Assembly (NCBI GenBank): GCA_963809805.1
Contig: CAWELB010000008.1
Coordinates: 684,157-748,156 of the forward strand
Source: an uncultured Chloroflexia bacterium
GTDB taxonomy: Bacteria > Chloroflexota > Anaerolineae > Anaerolineales > UBA4823
DNA length: 64,000 nucleotides
Direction of reading: 5' to 3'
The stretch's first letter is position 1; each line of letters opens with the position of its first letter. Shown one piece after another: positions 44,829-55,602 of this stretch. The notes beneath the pieces are model-generated. The model had not been told where the DNA came from and did not search any database. It saw only the letters and a list, made by a program, of their open reading frames with translations. The position numbers were made by a program, and so were the translations under genes.

Positions 44829-46049
44829 ATGAATGACCATCTACGAACCAAAGGTAAAGTTGCTCTGTTAAAAACCTCGCCCGATCGAGTCCTTGATGAC
44901 ATCGAGCGATTGATGAAATTGGCAGGTTTTGACCAGGCCCTTCCCCAGGATAACCGCACCGGCTTGAAAATTAACATTTCGTGGCAAACCTGGTACCCGG
45001 CTTGTTCTTCTACACCCTGGCAGATCGAGGGCGTCATCCGTGCCTTGAATAACGCTGGCTACACCGATCTGGTGGGCGTTCATAACGATACGGTCGTGGT
45101 AAACACCGCCAATGCGGAGCAGAATAATAAGCACAAACTGATCACCGATAAATACAACATCCCATGTATTTATACCTACGACCCCTCAGTGAAATGGGTA
45201 GAATATCATCCCAAAACTCCCTTCCTGGTATTGGATCAGATTTTTCCTGAAGGATTGTTCATCCCCGAGCCAATGATCGGCATGAATATCGTTCATTTGC
45301 CTACGGTTAAGACACATGTTTTCACCACCATCACCGGTGCCATGAAAAACGCCTTCGGGGGTTTGCTGGGTCGCAATCGTCATTGGACTCATGGGCTGAT
45401 CCACCAGACCTTGGTCGACTTGCTTCAAATTCAGCAGGATATTCACCCTGGGATATTCGCCGTCATGGACGGCACTTTCTCCGGCGATGGACCCGGGCCG
45501 CGTGCCATGCGCTGGCATGAAACCGACGTCCTGCTCGCCTCGGCAGACCAGGTTGCTATCGATGCCGTCAGCGCTAAACTGCAGGGTTTCGATCCGATGA
45601 GTATTCCCTTCATCCGCCTTGCCCATGAAAAAGGCATGGGCATCGGTGACCCGAGCCAGATCGAGATCCTCGGTGAGCCTGATCTTGCTGCATCTAATTG
45701 GGCTTTCGTCCAGGAAGATACCTTCGCCAGCCGAGGTCAGAAAATGATCTACCATGGCTGGTTGCATTCATTTGAAAAACCGCTCCTGCGCAGTCCATTG
45801 GTTCCCTGGGCATATTTCGCCAGTAATTTCTATCACAATGTTTACTGGTATCCTTTCATTGGTCGAAAGCGAGTAACCGCTGCTTTGCAGACGAAATGGG
45901 GTAAGTTATTCCAATCGCTTGGCGATGGCACCGTAGTCATGCCTGGGATGGAACCCAAAACCATCCTCCAGGCTTCTGCGGCCATCGGTATTTTTTTGTC
46001 GCTCCTCTCATTTGGTATTTATAAGCTTCTGCGCCGGAAACAACGCTGA
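44829..46049 (+). CDS. DUF362 domain protein with C-terminal membrane anchor
   Basis: LKINISW, VKTHVFTTITGAMKNAFGG and VMDGTFSGDGPGPRA match the DUF362 pattern. There is a terminal TM helix. Confidence 0.65.
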   Translation: MNDHLRTKGKVALLKTSPDRVLDDIERLMKLAGFDQALPQDNRTGLKINISWQTWYPACSSTPWQIEGVIRALNNAGYTDLVGVHNDTVVVNTANAEQNNKHKLITDKYNIPCIYTYDPSVKWVEYHPKTPFLVLDQIFPEGLFIPEPMIGMNIVHLPTVKTHVFTTITGAMKNAFGGLLGRNRHWTHGLIHQTLVDLLQIQQDIHPGIFAVMDGTFSGDGPGPRAMRWHETDVLLASADQVAIDAVSAKLQGFDPMSIPFIRLAHEKGMGIGDPSQIEILGEPDLAASNWAFVQEDTFASRGQKMIYHGWLHSFEKPLLRSPLVPWAYFASNFYHNVYWYPFIGRKRVTAALQTKWGKLFQSLGDGTVVMPGMEPKTILQASAAIGIFLSLLSFGIYKLLRRKQR

Positions 46050-46078
46050 TCGACCGTCCTTCCCAAGAACTATCTTCC

Positions 46079-46753
46079 ATGCACCTGCCTGAAATGATAA
46101 AAGCTGAATTCCATTGCCATTCCATTTATTCCAATGATTCGTTAGTCACCCTCGATGCTCTGCGCTTAACCTGCCGGAAAAAAGGTATCCACAGGCTGGT
46201 GATCACGGACCATAATAATATCGATGCATCTGAATCAGCCCGTGAGCTCGATCCTTCGCTTTTCATCATCGGCGAAGAGATCATGACCCAGCAGGGTGAG
46301 CTGCTTGGGATATTCGTCAACGAGCCGATCCCGCCCGGTCTACCTGCTTCCAAAGCCATTGAGCTGCTCCGCTCACAGGATGCATTTATCTCTGTCTCGC
46401 ATCCCTTTGATTCCCTACGCCCGGGACACTGGGAAGAGCCCGATTTGCTCGCGATTGCATCCAGCATTGATGCGATTGAGGTATTCAACTCACGCTGTCT
46501 GAATCCCCAATTCAATTCTCTAGCCAGAAATTTCGCCCTGCAGCATCATCTGATGGGTACGGTTGGATCGGATGCGCACAGCACTACTGAGCTTGGTACA
46601 GCTACCCTCACCCTGCCTGACTTTTCCAATGCAGCCTCCCTGAGGACCGCCCTGGTTCACGCGCAGCTGCATATTCGACTGTCCAATCCACTCGTACATT
46701 TCTACTCGCGTTATGCCAAATGGCGTAAGCAGGTGGACTCTTTCTTTCATTAA
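46079..46753 (+). CDS. PHP-domain metal-dependent phosphoesterase
   Basis: FHCHSIYSNDS, VITDHNNI and VGSDAHS are His/Asp metal-ligand motifs. Confidence 0.8.
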   Translation: MHLPEMIKAEFHCHSIYSNDSLVTLDALRLTCRKKGIHRLVITDHNNIDASESARELDPSLFIIGEEIMTQQGELLGIFVNEPIPPGLPASKAIELLRSQDAFISVSHPFDSLRPGHWEEPDLLAIASSIDAIEVFNSRCLNPQFNSLARNFALQHHLMGTVGSDAHSTTELGTATLTLPDFSNAASLRTALVHAQLHIRLSNPLVHFYSRYAKWRKQVDSFFH

Positions 46754-46925
46754 CATTTTCTACACTAGTCATGTCAGGGATTGCGCCAGGTTCTCCACCC
46801 GAGGACATTTCTTTCGATTCTTATCTAGTTATTGAGTTATTTCTTCCGTTGCGTCCTAAGTAGTTAGTCATTATGAATATGATGGAACATAACTTGCAAT
46901 CTTCAGGTCATAGGAGAACCTGGAG

Positions 46926-47118
46926 ATGCCGCGAAAAAAGTACATTATCAACTTATCTGAAGAAGAGCGGAACGATCTGATGCAGCTGACCCACAAGGGT
47001 ACGATCAAAGCCCGCCAATTCAAACGTGCTATGGTGCTCTTGAAAGCAAACGAAGGCTTATCCGCAATCCAGAAGATCTGGCCGCCTTGAATGTTAGCCG
47101 TCCGACAGTAGAACGCCT
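46926..47118 (+). pseudogene. IS630 transposase, N-terminal HTH fragment (frameshifted)
   Basis: MPRKKYIINLSEEERNDLMQLTHKGTIKARQFKRAMVLLKANEGLS is followed in another frame by ...EDLAALNVSRPTVERL. Homology is lost near 47118. Confidence 0.75.
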
Positions 47119-48470
47119 GTCAGACCACGCCAATAGGCAAGATTTAGATCAGTTACTTCAATCCAGATATATCGATAAACTCCCGTATTTAAATTCTTCA
47201 CTTTCGCAAGAGCAATGCCAGCTGTAATACTATAATTCTCGAACTCACCAAAAGGTTTGTTGCCAAGAGACACTAATCCTTGCGCGTCTGTTACCCCAAC
47301 GATATCAGGTGTATTGTCAAAATTTTGGCTATAAGGACCTGACGAACCATCACCGGGCAATGCTTGATACATTGAAACTTCCATGTTTGGCATGGGTTGA
47401 TTATTATTATCTAAAATCCGAAGGCGCTTTGTCTCTGAGGGATCGAAAGAGCTTTGAATGAAGACCTTCGTGCCTGGCCAAAAGCGTAAACTATATGGCG
47501 TGCAGAAGCCACTTTGATTGCAACCGTCATGCACAGGTCATACATACGGCTTGCATAATGAACAACATCATACATTATGTAAGGTAACGAAGGAGTACCG
47601 GCAATAAGATATCCATTCTCGTCTAAAACCTTAACATCACCACCTTGTACATCTAGACCATAGAGATCGACTCTACCGAATAGATAGTGTCCAAGTTCAT
47701 GGATGACCCACCAGGGAACGTCATAACAAACCTCTGGCGGAGGACAACATTGACATCCATTGCCATATTCCTCAAATGAAAAACCCCATCGGCCATCATA
47801 AATCGCGCAAGGGCATGACCATTGGACTTTGCGATTATAGCAGTCCAGCTGGTACAACTCGGAGTTGTAGATACGATCTCGTGAGTATACCTTTAGGAGC
47901 TTTAGGATAAACTGAGTTTTCAAACATCCAATTCATTTTTTGAAGGATATGCTGTGCCCAATCTTCCCAAGAGTAACTTCCTGTACTATTTTGAATATTA
48001 TTGAAATCATCATAAACGGTCTCCTCAACCCAAAATCCTATAGTTAATGCATCAGTGACATCTTCAATTTTGTTATTGGTTTCTGCTGTCTCAGGAATAA
48101 GGTTTTGTGGATCAACCTCAAAACTTACATCGTGCCTGCCAGATTGCCAATACCATGTAATTGCTTGTGTCACTTCCCCTTGGGGCGGTATGGAAGTATA
48201 AGAATCGATTGAAATGATTTGATCATCTATTTTCCACTGAAATGTAAAATTGCCTGAGCTAACTGTCCCCTTATTGATGATATGGGCAGTAAAAGTTACT
48301 CGTTCACCCGGATCAGGCCATTGCTTTTGGGAATCCCAGCTGTATCGTGGTTCACGACTGATATAGGTAACATCCAGATCAATACTAGCTGAGGATTGAT
48401 AAGACGCCTGCGCAGTATCCGCATTGTGATCGAAACGAGCGAATTTCTCTAGGGGGTTTTTTTGAGAAAA
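47094..48470 (-). pseudogene. HExxH metalloprotease-like gene fragment (CARDB-like N-terminal region), frameshifted, captured inside the IS
   Basis: Three overlapping minus-strand ORFs are present. The middle one has VIHELGHYLFG (HExxH). The first has an Ig-like or CARDB-like segment (VTFTAHIINKGTVSSGNFTFQW). Both ends read into IS sequence. Confidence 0.6.
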
Positions 48471-48477
48471 TATGAAA

Positions 48478-49211
48478 CGGTGCAGGAGGAATATAGCAAT
48501 CAAAACAAACGATCTGAAGCCGTGGCAGCAAGAGATGTGGTGTATTCCGAAAGCCAGCGCTGATTATGTAGCTTGTATGGAAGATGTGCTGGAGCTTTAC
48601 GAGCAACCTTTTGACCCACAACGGCCGATGATTTGTTTCGATGAATAGCGGCGGGCATTGATCGGTGAAACTCGAACCAGTCTGCCCGCTCAACCCGGTA
48701 GGCGAAAGCGTGTCGATTATGAATACCGGCGCAACGGAGTGGCATATTTGCATATGATATTTGAACCATTGATGGGTAGAAGATTTATTCGGGTCACTCC
48801 GCAGCATACTAAGAAAGAATTTGCGGAATGCATGCAATGGCTGGTAGATGAAATATATCCCTCTGCGGAGGTGATTAGGCTTGTGATGGATAACTTGGCC
48901 GCTCACAAACCAGCATCGCTTTATGATGTCTTTCCTCCAGAAAAAGCGCGCCGCATTCTTCGTAAATTGGAGTTTCACTATACGCCTAAGCATGGTAGTT
49001 GGCTTAATATGGCTGAGATTGAATTGAGTGTTATGGGTCGAACCATGAAAAATCTTCATTCCTGAATTACAGGTGTTTGCAAACGAGGCGTATGCGTTGA
49101 CAGATGAACGATAATGCTTCATACTAAAAAGCCAGTGTGGACTGGCACAATTTCGAACTGAAACAGGCTCGCATCAAACTGAAGCAACTTTATCCATCCA
49201 TATCAGTGTGA
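48478..49211 (+). pseudogene. IS630 transposase, DDE-domain fragment (in-frame TAG at 48646-48648, later frameshifts)
   Basis: NDLKPWQQEMWCIP..., ...ICFDE*, ...LVMDNLAAHK..., ...HYTPKHGSWLNMAEIELSV... and the terminal ...ARIKLKQLYPSISV are present. The stop is at 49209-49211. Confidence 0.8.
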
Positions 49212-49294
49212 CCTGACTACTTAGTGTCCGTTGTGGTTATCTTTAATTTCAATTTCCTTGACCTATCCTTCAATTCAGGTAAAATTATCCCCAC

Positions 49295-49378
49295 GGGGCG
49301 GTGGCGGAATTGGTAGACGCAGCAGACTTAAAATCTGCCGGTAGAAATACCTTGAGGGTTCAAGTCCCTCTCGCCCCA
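49295..49378 (+). tRNA. tRNA-Leu (anticodon TAA)
   Basis: GGGGCGGTGGCGGAATTGGTAGACGCAGCAGACTTAAAATCTGCCGGTAGAAATACCTTGAGGGTTCAAGTCCCTCTCGCCCCA. It is a class II tRNA with a long variable arm and a GGTTCAAGTCC T arm. Confidence 0.95.
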
Positions 49379-49386
49379 TTAAAATG

Positions 49387-49414
49387 CCGTGCCCAATGCG
49401 CACGGTTTTCTTTT
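49387..49414 (+). terminator. intrinsic terminator after tRNA-Leu
   Basis: ccgtgc-N7-gcacgg followed by ttttctttt. Confidence 0.6.
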
Positions 49415-49446
49415 ATAATTCATTTTTATAATCTCTAGTTTTATTT

Positions 49447-50205
49447 ATGGATAGGTGGGTCTATATGACAAAAAACTTCTACGTCCCTGAATCTGCCATG
49501 GCAATCGCCGCTCACCCGGATGATATTGAGTTTACCTCGGTGGGCACACTTGCCCGCTGGGCTCACCTGGGCACAAATGTGGTTTACGTTCTATGCACCA
49601 GTGGCGATGTGGGTATTGCCGAGCCCGGTATGACGCGTGAAAAAGCAGCTCAGATCCGCGAGGCTGAATCCCTCGAAGCCGCCCGCATTGCAGGCATTAA
49701 TCAGGTCGTCTTTCTTCACGAGCCTGATGGGCTTTTACAAGCCACGCTTGACCTGCGAAAAAAATTAGTCCGTGAGATCCGCAAGTACCGCCCGGAGGTG
49801 ATCGTCACCGGCGATCCGACCATCGTTTGGTCCGGTGGTGATTACATCAACCATCCCGACCACCGTGCAGCTGCCCTGGCTGCCCTGGATGCCACCTTCC
49901 CCGCTGCCGGTCAGCCCAACCTCTTCGAAGAATTGGAACAGGAAGGTCTCAAAGCCCATAAAGTGCGTAAAGTCTACGCCACCGTCTGGGAAAAAGCCGA
50001 TGTCTTTATCAACATCGAAGAAACGATGGATATTAAGATCGCCGCCTTGCGCGCCCACAAAAGCCAGCTCAAGGATTGGGACCCTGAATCGATGCTCAAA
50101 GAATGGGCAAGTGATGCCGCCAAAGGCAAGGAAATGCAGTATGCTGAAGGGTTCAAGGTAGTGACCCTGGTCGACGACGAAGCCTGGGCAAAGCTGAAGG
50201 GTTGA
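49447..50205 (+). CDS. PIG-L/LmbE-family deacetylase
   Basis: Contains AHPDDIEF and HPDH motifs. The start could instead be the internal ATG at 49465 (MTKNFY). Confidence 0.85.
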   Translation: MDRWVYMTKNFYVPESAMAIAAHPDDIEFTSVGTLARWAHLGTNVVYVLCTSGDVGIAEPGMTREKAAQIREAESLEAARIAGINQVVFLHEPDGLLQATLDLRKKLVREIRKYRPEVIVTGDPTIVWSGGDYINHPDHRAAALAALDATFPAAGQPNLFEELEQEGLKAHKVRKVYATVWEKADVFINIEETMDIKIAALRAHKSQLKDWDPESMLKEWASDAAKGKEMQYAEGFKVVTLVDDEAWAKLKG

Positions 50206-50215
50206 TTCGCTCCTG

Positions 50216-51139
50216 GTGATGGAAACCATGCCTTTTCGCTTCGTCTTCATGGGTTCGCCCGAATTCGCTCTGCCGGTGCTGCGCAAATTGGTTGCACAGT
50301 ATCCAGTGGTCGGAGTGGTTACCCAGCCGGATCGCCCTGCCGGGCGAGGTCGAATTTTAACCCCTCCCCCTATCAAAATCCTGGCAGCTGAGCTAAACCT
50401 CCCGGTCATCCAGCCTCGCCGTTTAAGCGAGCCGGATGCGCTCGAGCAGCTGCAGCGCTGGGCGCCTGAAGTGATCGTCGTTGCGGCCTTCGGGCAGATA
50501 CTCCGGCCGGTCGTTCTCGAGCTACCAAAATACGGCTGTATCAATGTCCATGCTTCGCTTTTGCCTCGTTGGCGTGGGGCCGCTCCCATTCAGGCTGCCA
50601 TCTTGAATGGTGATGAAACCACCGGCATCACCATCATGCGCTTGGACCCTGGGATCGACACGGGTCCGATGCTGAGCCAGAGATCGCTGTCCATCTCACC
50701 AGAAGACACCGCTGGAACACTCGCCACGAAATTGTCCGTGCTTGGTGCTGATCTGCTGCTCGAAACACTACCGTCATATTTGAGCGGTAAGCTCGGTCCA
50801 ATCCCTCAAGATGGCAGCTTGGCCAAGTATGCTCCCATGATCAAAAAAGAAGACGGCTTGCTTGACTTTTCCTTACCAGCAGTTGTGCTGGATCTGAAGA
50901 TCAGGGCCTATAACCCCTGGCCGGGTGCCTTCACCTATTGGAATGACCAGATGCTTAAAATTCATCATGCTCATCCGGTCGAGTATCCCCCTGAGGTTGC
51001 CGGAAAAAGGGTAATATACAAGGAATTACCTGCCATTACTGCGGGAAATGGCTTAATTGTGCTTGATGAACTTCAGCTCGCTGGAAGGAATATTCAATCG
51101 GGCAAATCATTCCTGAATGGCATCAGGAATTGGGCATGA
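50216..51139 (+). CDS. fmt: methionyl-tRNA formyltransferase
   Basis: FMGSPEFALPVL, INVHASLLPRWRGAAPIQ and a C-terminal Fmt domain. Confidence 0.95.
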   Translation: MMETMPFRFVFMGSPEFALPVLRKLVAQYPVVGVVTQPDRPAGRGRILTPPPIKILAAELNLPVIQPRRLSEPDALEQLQRWAPEVIVVAAFGQILRPVVLELPKYGCINVHASLLPRWRGAAPIQAAILNGDETTGITIMRLDPGIDTGPMLSQRSLSISPEDTAGTLATKLSVLGADLLLETLPSYLSGKLGPIPQDGSLAKYAPMIKKEDGLLDFSLPAVVLDLKIRAYNPWPGAFTYWNDQMLKIHHAHPVEYPPEVAGKRVIYKELPAITAGNGLIVLDELQLAGRNIQSGKSFLNGIRNWA

Positions 51140-51157
51140 TAAATATCTCAGAAAAAA

Positions 51158-51811
51158 ATGGCCAATCCTAGTCACACTCCCACCTTATATCATTTTACCT
51201 TACTCAGGCATGCTGAGTCATTAGGCAACTTCGAAGGTCGCCACCAGGGACAGGCAGATTTCCCTTTGACCGATCACGGTAGAGAGCAAACCAAAACTTT
51301 GCTGGATCGCTGGATTGCAGAAGCAAAGGAATTCCACCTGATAATTTCCAGCCCTCTGGCACGCGCTCGTGAGACAGCTGAAATCATCGCCAGGGGATTG
51401 AATGTTCCCCTGGTTTTTGATCCTTTATGGATGGAGCGCGATAATGGCATGATGGCAGGTTTAAGCCCGGAGGAAGTGCGCCAGACCCTACCCCAACCAA
51501 CCTTCATTCACCCCTACCAACCGGTAGGTCAGACGGGTGAAAGTCAGTGGCAGTTGTACCTGCGGGCAGGCAATGCCTTGCAGAGCCTGTTCAATCATCC
51601 TCCTGGCAGGTACCTGGTGGTCTCTCATGGCGGGATCTTAAATATGTTTTTTTATGCCATCCTTGGAATCGCCCCCCAGGCAAATTTTAATGGACCGCGC
51701 TTTCGTTTTAATAATTCTGCCTTTGCCACTTTAAGCTATAACCCGTCCTCCCACCATTGGTATATCCTCGGACTCAACGACCACCTGCACTGCTCCCCTG
51801 AAGAAAGCTGA
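51158..51811 (+). CDS. histidine phosphatase family protein (phosphoglycerate-mutase-like)
   Basis: Catalytic LLRHAES near the N-terminus and a later SHGG motif. Confidence 0.85.
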   Translation: MANPSHTPTLYHFTLLRHAESLGNFEGRHQGQADFPLTDHGREQTKTLLDRWIAEAKEFHLIISSPLARARETAEIIARGLNVPLVFDPLWMERDNGMMAGLSPEEVRQTLPQPTFIHPYQPVGQTGESQWQLYLRAGNALQSLFNHPPGRYLVVSHGGILNMFFYAILGIAPQANFNGPRFRFNNSAFATLSYNPSSHHWYILGLNDHLHCSPEES

Positions 51812-51813
51812 AT

Positions 51814-52461
51814 ATGCATTCTATTACCCTCCTTCGACACGGTGAATCCGAAGGTAACCAGTTAGGCTTGCTTCAAGGACAATCCGATTATCCCTTGACC
51901 ACAAATGGGATGGAACAGGCGAAAGCACTGGCTGCATATTGGAAATCTGTGGATGCGAAATTCGACCTGGTGATCAGCAGCCCCCTCCTGAGGGCTTCCC
52001 AAACTGCCGAGATCATTGCCAATCACCTGAAAATTCCGATTGAATTTGATCCAGCCTGGAAAGAACGACATTTCGGGCGTTTGCAAGGAGTAGAGCTGCG
52101 GCAAATTGATCAGCTTACTCCGCCGGTCGATTTCTTCCACCCCTACGAGCCAATTGGTGAAAACGGTGAGAGTCAACTGGATCTATATTTACGCGCCAGT
52201 CTCGCCATTCAAAAAATAATCCGCCAACCCGAGGGTTCATCCCTGGTTGTCTCCCATGGGGGCATATTGAATAAAACCCTGTATGTCGTCATGGGGATCA
52301 CCCCACAGGGACATTATAATAGCCCAATATTCCACTTTGGCAATACTGGCTATGCGCAATTACGTTATAATTCTGTCTCTCGTCAATGGGCTGTGATCAG
52401 CCTGAACAGCCATATTGTTCCTGCGCAATCTGAAGGGACTATCTCTTGGCAGCAAGATTAA
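51814..52461 (+). CDS. histidine phosphatase family protein (tandem paralogue)
   Basis: LLRHGESEGN and VVSHGGILN. It is collinear with the upstream paralogue. Confidence 0.85.
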   Translation: MHSITLLRHGESEGNQLGLLQGQSDYPLTTNGMEQAKALAAYWKSVDAKFDLVISSPLLRASQTAEIIANHLKIPIEFDPAWKERHFGRLQGVELRQIDQLTPPVDFFHPYEPIGENGESQLDLYLRASLAIQKIIRQPEGSSLVVSHGGILNKTLYVVMGITPQGHYNSPIFHFGNTGYAQLRYNSVSRQWAVISLNSHIVPAQSEGTISWQQD

Positions 52462-53501
52462 GTTGGCTCGTCTTTGGCGCAGGCGCTATCGGTACCTACA
52501 TTGGTGGCAGCCTGCTCTTGCACGGTCAGAAGGTCGTCTTTCTGGAATTACCTCCCGCGGATTCTGCCCTCAGAGATAATGGCCTTAAGCTCACCATTCA
52601 AGCTCAGGAATATCGGGTACTTCATCCAGTCGTATTTTCGACCCTCCCCTCAGCCATTTCCTTTGATACCTATGATGTGGTAATTTTCGCACTGAAATCC
52701 TATGATACCGAAACTGCCCTCGAATTGATCCGCCCATATTCCCCATCTTTCCCACCGATATTGTGCCTCCAAAATGGCGTCGAGAACGAGCCTGCTCTGA
52801 AAACCGTCCTGGGTGAAAACAATGTCATCGCAGGAACGGTGACGAGTTCGGTTCGCCGGATCGCTGCTGGCGATATCGTTTTGGAGCGCTTGCGAGGCGT
52901 AGGTGTCGAGAAGAGCCACCCGCTTTCCCTCCAAATCGTGCAGGCATTATCCGACGCCCACCTAAACGCGCATCTTTATCCATCTCCAGCGGCGATGAAG
53001 TGGTCAAAAATGCTGACCAATTTATTAGCCAATGCCTCTGCTGCTATCCTGGATATGTCCCCCGCTGAAATTTTAGCTCATCCCGATCTATATCGGGTGG
53101 AGATCAACCAGATACGTGAAGCCATTGCAGTCATGCGTGCTCAGCAAATTTATCCCGTGAATTTGCCCGCCACCCCGGTCAGAGCATTTGCGTGGTTGAT
53201 AACTCATCTCTCACCGAGCCTATCCCAACCTTTGATCACACGCTTTGCCGGGAAGGGACGTGGCGAAAAGATGCCTTCATTTCACATCGATCTGCATTCG
53301 GGCCGCGGGAAGAGTGAGGTGGATTATCTCAACGGAGCGGTAGTTCGTTTTGGTCAGCAGCTTGGGGTGCCTCCGCCTGTGAATCTCTGGCTGAACCGAA
53401 CTTTACTCAGCCTGACCCAGGGAGAGATTCCGATCGACCATTACTCCCATAATCCCGATAAATTCTTGCAGGATATATATTCAGGCGTAAACGGTTGCTA
53501 G
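52446..53501 (+). CDS. panE: 2-dehydropantoate 2-reductase (ApbA/PanE family)
   Basis: Rossmann motif VFGAGAIGTYIGG and an ApbA C-terminal domain. The exact start is uncertain (non-ATG). Confidence 0.8.
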   Translation: MAARLSWLVFGAGAIGTYIGGSLLLHGQKVVFLELPPADSALRDNGLKLTIQAQEYRVLHPVVFSTLPSAISFDTYDVVIFALKSYDTETALELIRPYSPSFPPILCLQNGVENEPALKTVLGENNVIAGTVTSSVRRIAAGDIVLERLRGVGVEKSHPLSLQIVQALSDAHLNAHLYPSPAAMKWSKMLTNLLANASAAILDMSPAEILAHPDLYRVEINQIREAIAVMRAQQIYPVNLPATPVRAFAWLITHLSPSLSQPLITRFAGKGRGEKMPSFHIDLHSGRGKSEVDYLNGAVVRFGQQLGVPPPVNLWLNRTLLSLTQGEIPIDHYSHNPDKFLQDIYSGVNGC

Positions 53502-53510
53502 GTAGATCAA

Positions 53511-54815
53511 TTAACTGATCGTTCCGTAATATAAAGGCAGTGGTTTCACCGGCTCATCACTCCAATGATGGGCTTCTAACATGCATTTGACAGCCACATT
53601 CATTTTTTCCTCATCATTAGCATGGATGGTGAATAAATGATCCCCCGCTTTCACCACATCTCCAACTTTGTGCTGCACCACCACCCCCACCGCATGATCG
53701 ATCGGATCGCCTTTTTGCGCCCTTCCACCCCCTAATTGAACGGAAGTTTCCCCCGCCTCGCGCGCATTGATTTCACAAAGATAACCACCTCTGGGAGACT
53801 TAACCTCTTGGATCAAATTTGCCTTGGGTAATCTGGAAGGTTCATCCACGTATCGAGCATCTCCTCCCTGGGCCTCTACCAACTCCCGAAACTTCAATAG
53901 TGCCTTGCCGGTCTCCAATGTTTGCTCGGCGATTTTCTGCCCTTGAACTTCATCCGTGGCTAATCCACCCAGCGCCAGCATGTATCCCGACGCCACCATG
54001 CAATGCTCTCTAAAATCTGCCGGTCCGTTCCCTCGAAGTGTATCCAGAGCTTCCTGCAGCTCCAGGGAATTCCCCACAGCCTTCCCCAAGGGTTGGTTCA
54101 TGTCTGATAATACCGCCACTGTTTTCCGGCCTACCAGCTTGCCAATCTCGACCATTAACTCAGCTAATTTTCTGGCGTGCTCCAAATCGGTCATGAAAGC
54201 CCCCAGTCCAACTTTTACATCCAGCAGGATTGCCTGGGCGCCAGCCGCGATTTTTTTGCTCATGATGGAAGAAGCAATTAATGGGATGGATTCCACCGTC
54301 CCGGTGACATCTCTTAACTCATACAGCTTACCATCTGCAGGTGCCAGGTCAGCACTCTGACCAGTAAGCACGATCCCGATGCGCTTTAACTGCCTGATAA
54401 ATTCTTCTGTCGATAGGTCGCTGCGGAACCCCGGGATTGATTCAAGCTTATCTAACGTGCCTCCGCTGAAACACAATCCCCTGCCAGACATTTTTCCTAC
54501 CGGCAATCCACAGGCAGATACCGTCGGTGCGACCACCAGACTGGTCTTATCACCCACCCCCCCTGTGGAGTGTTTATCCACTGTGATTGGGACCACATGC
54601 GACAGATCAAGTACTTCACCCGAATGCGCCATCGCCAGGGTCAATACCATAGTCTCTCTGGCGCTCATCCCATTCAGCAAAATTGCCATCGCCAATGCTG
54701 ACGCCTGGTAATCCGGGATTTCACCATTCGTATAACCTTGGATGAAGTATTCGATTTCCTCGTCCATCAGCTCGTGGTTATCCCGTTTTTTGATGATGAT
54801 ATCTACCATGCGCAT
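53511..54815 (-). CDS. pdp: pyrimidine-nucleoside (thymidine) phosphorylase
   Basis: 434 aa with DKHSTGGVGDKTSL and SGRGLCFSGGTLDKLESIPG motifs. Confidence 0.95.
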   Translation of the reverse strand: MRMVDIIIKKRDNHELMDEEIEYFIQGYTNGEIPDYQASALAMAILLNGMSARETMVLTLAMAHSGEVLDLSHVVPITVDKHSTGGVGDKTSLVVAPTVSACGLPVGKMSGRGLCFSGGTLDKLESIPGFRSDLSTEEFIRQLKRIGIVLTGQSADLAPADGKLYELRDVTGTVESIPLIASSIMSKKIAAGAQAILLDVKVGLGAFMTDLEHARKLAELMVEIGKLVGRKTVAVLSDMNQPLGKAVGNSLELQEALDTLRGNGPADFREHCMVASGYMLALGGLATDEVQGQKIAEQTLETGKALLKFRELVEAQGGDARYVDEPSRLPKANLIQEVKSPRGGYLCEINAREAGETSVQLGGGRAQKGDPIDHAVGVVVQHKVGDVVKAGDHLFTIHANDEEKMNVAVKCMLEAHHWSDEPVKPLPLYYGTIS

Positions 54816-54901
54816 GGTGATTTTCTCCCTTTATTTCCACCCATTATAATCTACCCAGAATCTAGGGTATATATGCACCCTTGAACACGCATACCGGATA
54901 G

Positions 54902-55576
54902 TTATTTGAGCAGACTTTTTGCTTTCTGCCAGATCTCAGTGAACATCGTCACCGTCAGTCGACCGGTTTGGGTATTTTGTTGGCTTGGGTGATACGAAGC
55001 GATCAACCAAGGCATGCCTTCACCGAGCTCATATTCAGCCGAGTGTCTGAACTGAAAGCGCTCTATCGGCAAGCCCCGACTGCGGTATATTTTCAGGATA
55101 TTCTCAAAACCAAGCCTGCCTAAAGCAACAAAACCCTGTAAATTCTCCATCAATGATATTTCCTGCTCGAGGTATGGCAGGCAATTGGTAATCTCAATAG
55201 GGCTGGGTTTATTATCCGGTGGAACACATCTGCAAACCGCTGAAATGAGCAGGTCGTTCAGGTCAAGTCCATCCTCCCGGCTCTCTGATTTTGCCTGGTT
55301 GGCAAATCCTACCTTATTGAGTGCTTTGAACAGGAACACTCCCGAAGCATCTCCGGTGAACATTCTACCTGTGCGGTTTGACCCGTGAGGACCTGGCGCC
55401 AGGCCCACCACAAGTATCCTGCCATGAACATCTCCAAATGCAGGCACAGGTCTTCCCCAGTAATTCCATTCCTGGTAGGCACGCTTCTTCTTTTTTGCCA
55501 CACTTTCACGATATTCTACCAGGCGCGGGCATTTTCGGCAGTTGATGATCGTTTCGTTTAGCGTGTCAATATCCAT
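54902..55576 (-). CDS. uracil-DNA glycosylase, Fe-S family 4/5 (UdgB-like)
   Basis: CRKCPRL and GLAPGPHGSNRTGRMFTGD motifs. Confidence 0.85.
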   Translation of the reverse strand: MDIDTLNETIINCRKCPRLVEYRESVAKKKKRAYQEWNYWGRPVPAFGDVHGRILVVGLAPGPHGSNRTGRMFTGDASGVFLFKALNKVGFANQAKSESREDGLDLNDLLISAVCRCVPPDNKPSPIEITNCLPYLEQEISLMENLQGFVALGRLGFENILKIYRSRGLPIERFQFRHSAEYELGEGMPWLIASYHPSQQNTQTGRLTVTMFTEIWQKAKSLLK

Positions 55577-55602
55577 TGAGCACCATTAGTAATCATGATC
55601 GA

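Larger units (their letters stand above)
46859..49221 (+). mobile_element. IS630-family insertion sequence, internally rearranged
   Basis: Terminal inverted repeats are agtagttagtca (46859-46870) and tgacctgactact (49209-49221). TA flanks both ends (46857-58, 49222-23). Transposase fragments lie at both ends, with foreign DNA in the middle. Confidence 0.8.

Noticed and set aside
45186-45767. A 193-aa minus-strand ORF.
   Set aside because: It is antisense to the DUF362 gene and has no independent support.
48385-49122. A 245-aa minus-strand ORF.
   Set aside because: It is antisense to the IS630 transposase DDE region, whose sense frame carries diagnostic IS630 motifs. No motif is seen in the antisense product.
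49765-50589. A 274-aa minus-strand ORF spanning the PIG-L and fmt genes.
   Set aside because: It is antisense to two well-supported genes with clear family motifs. The product is low-complexity and Arg/Gly-rich, typical of a shadow ORF.
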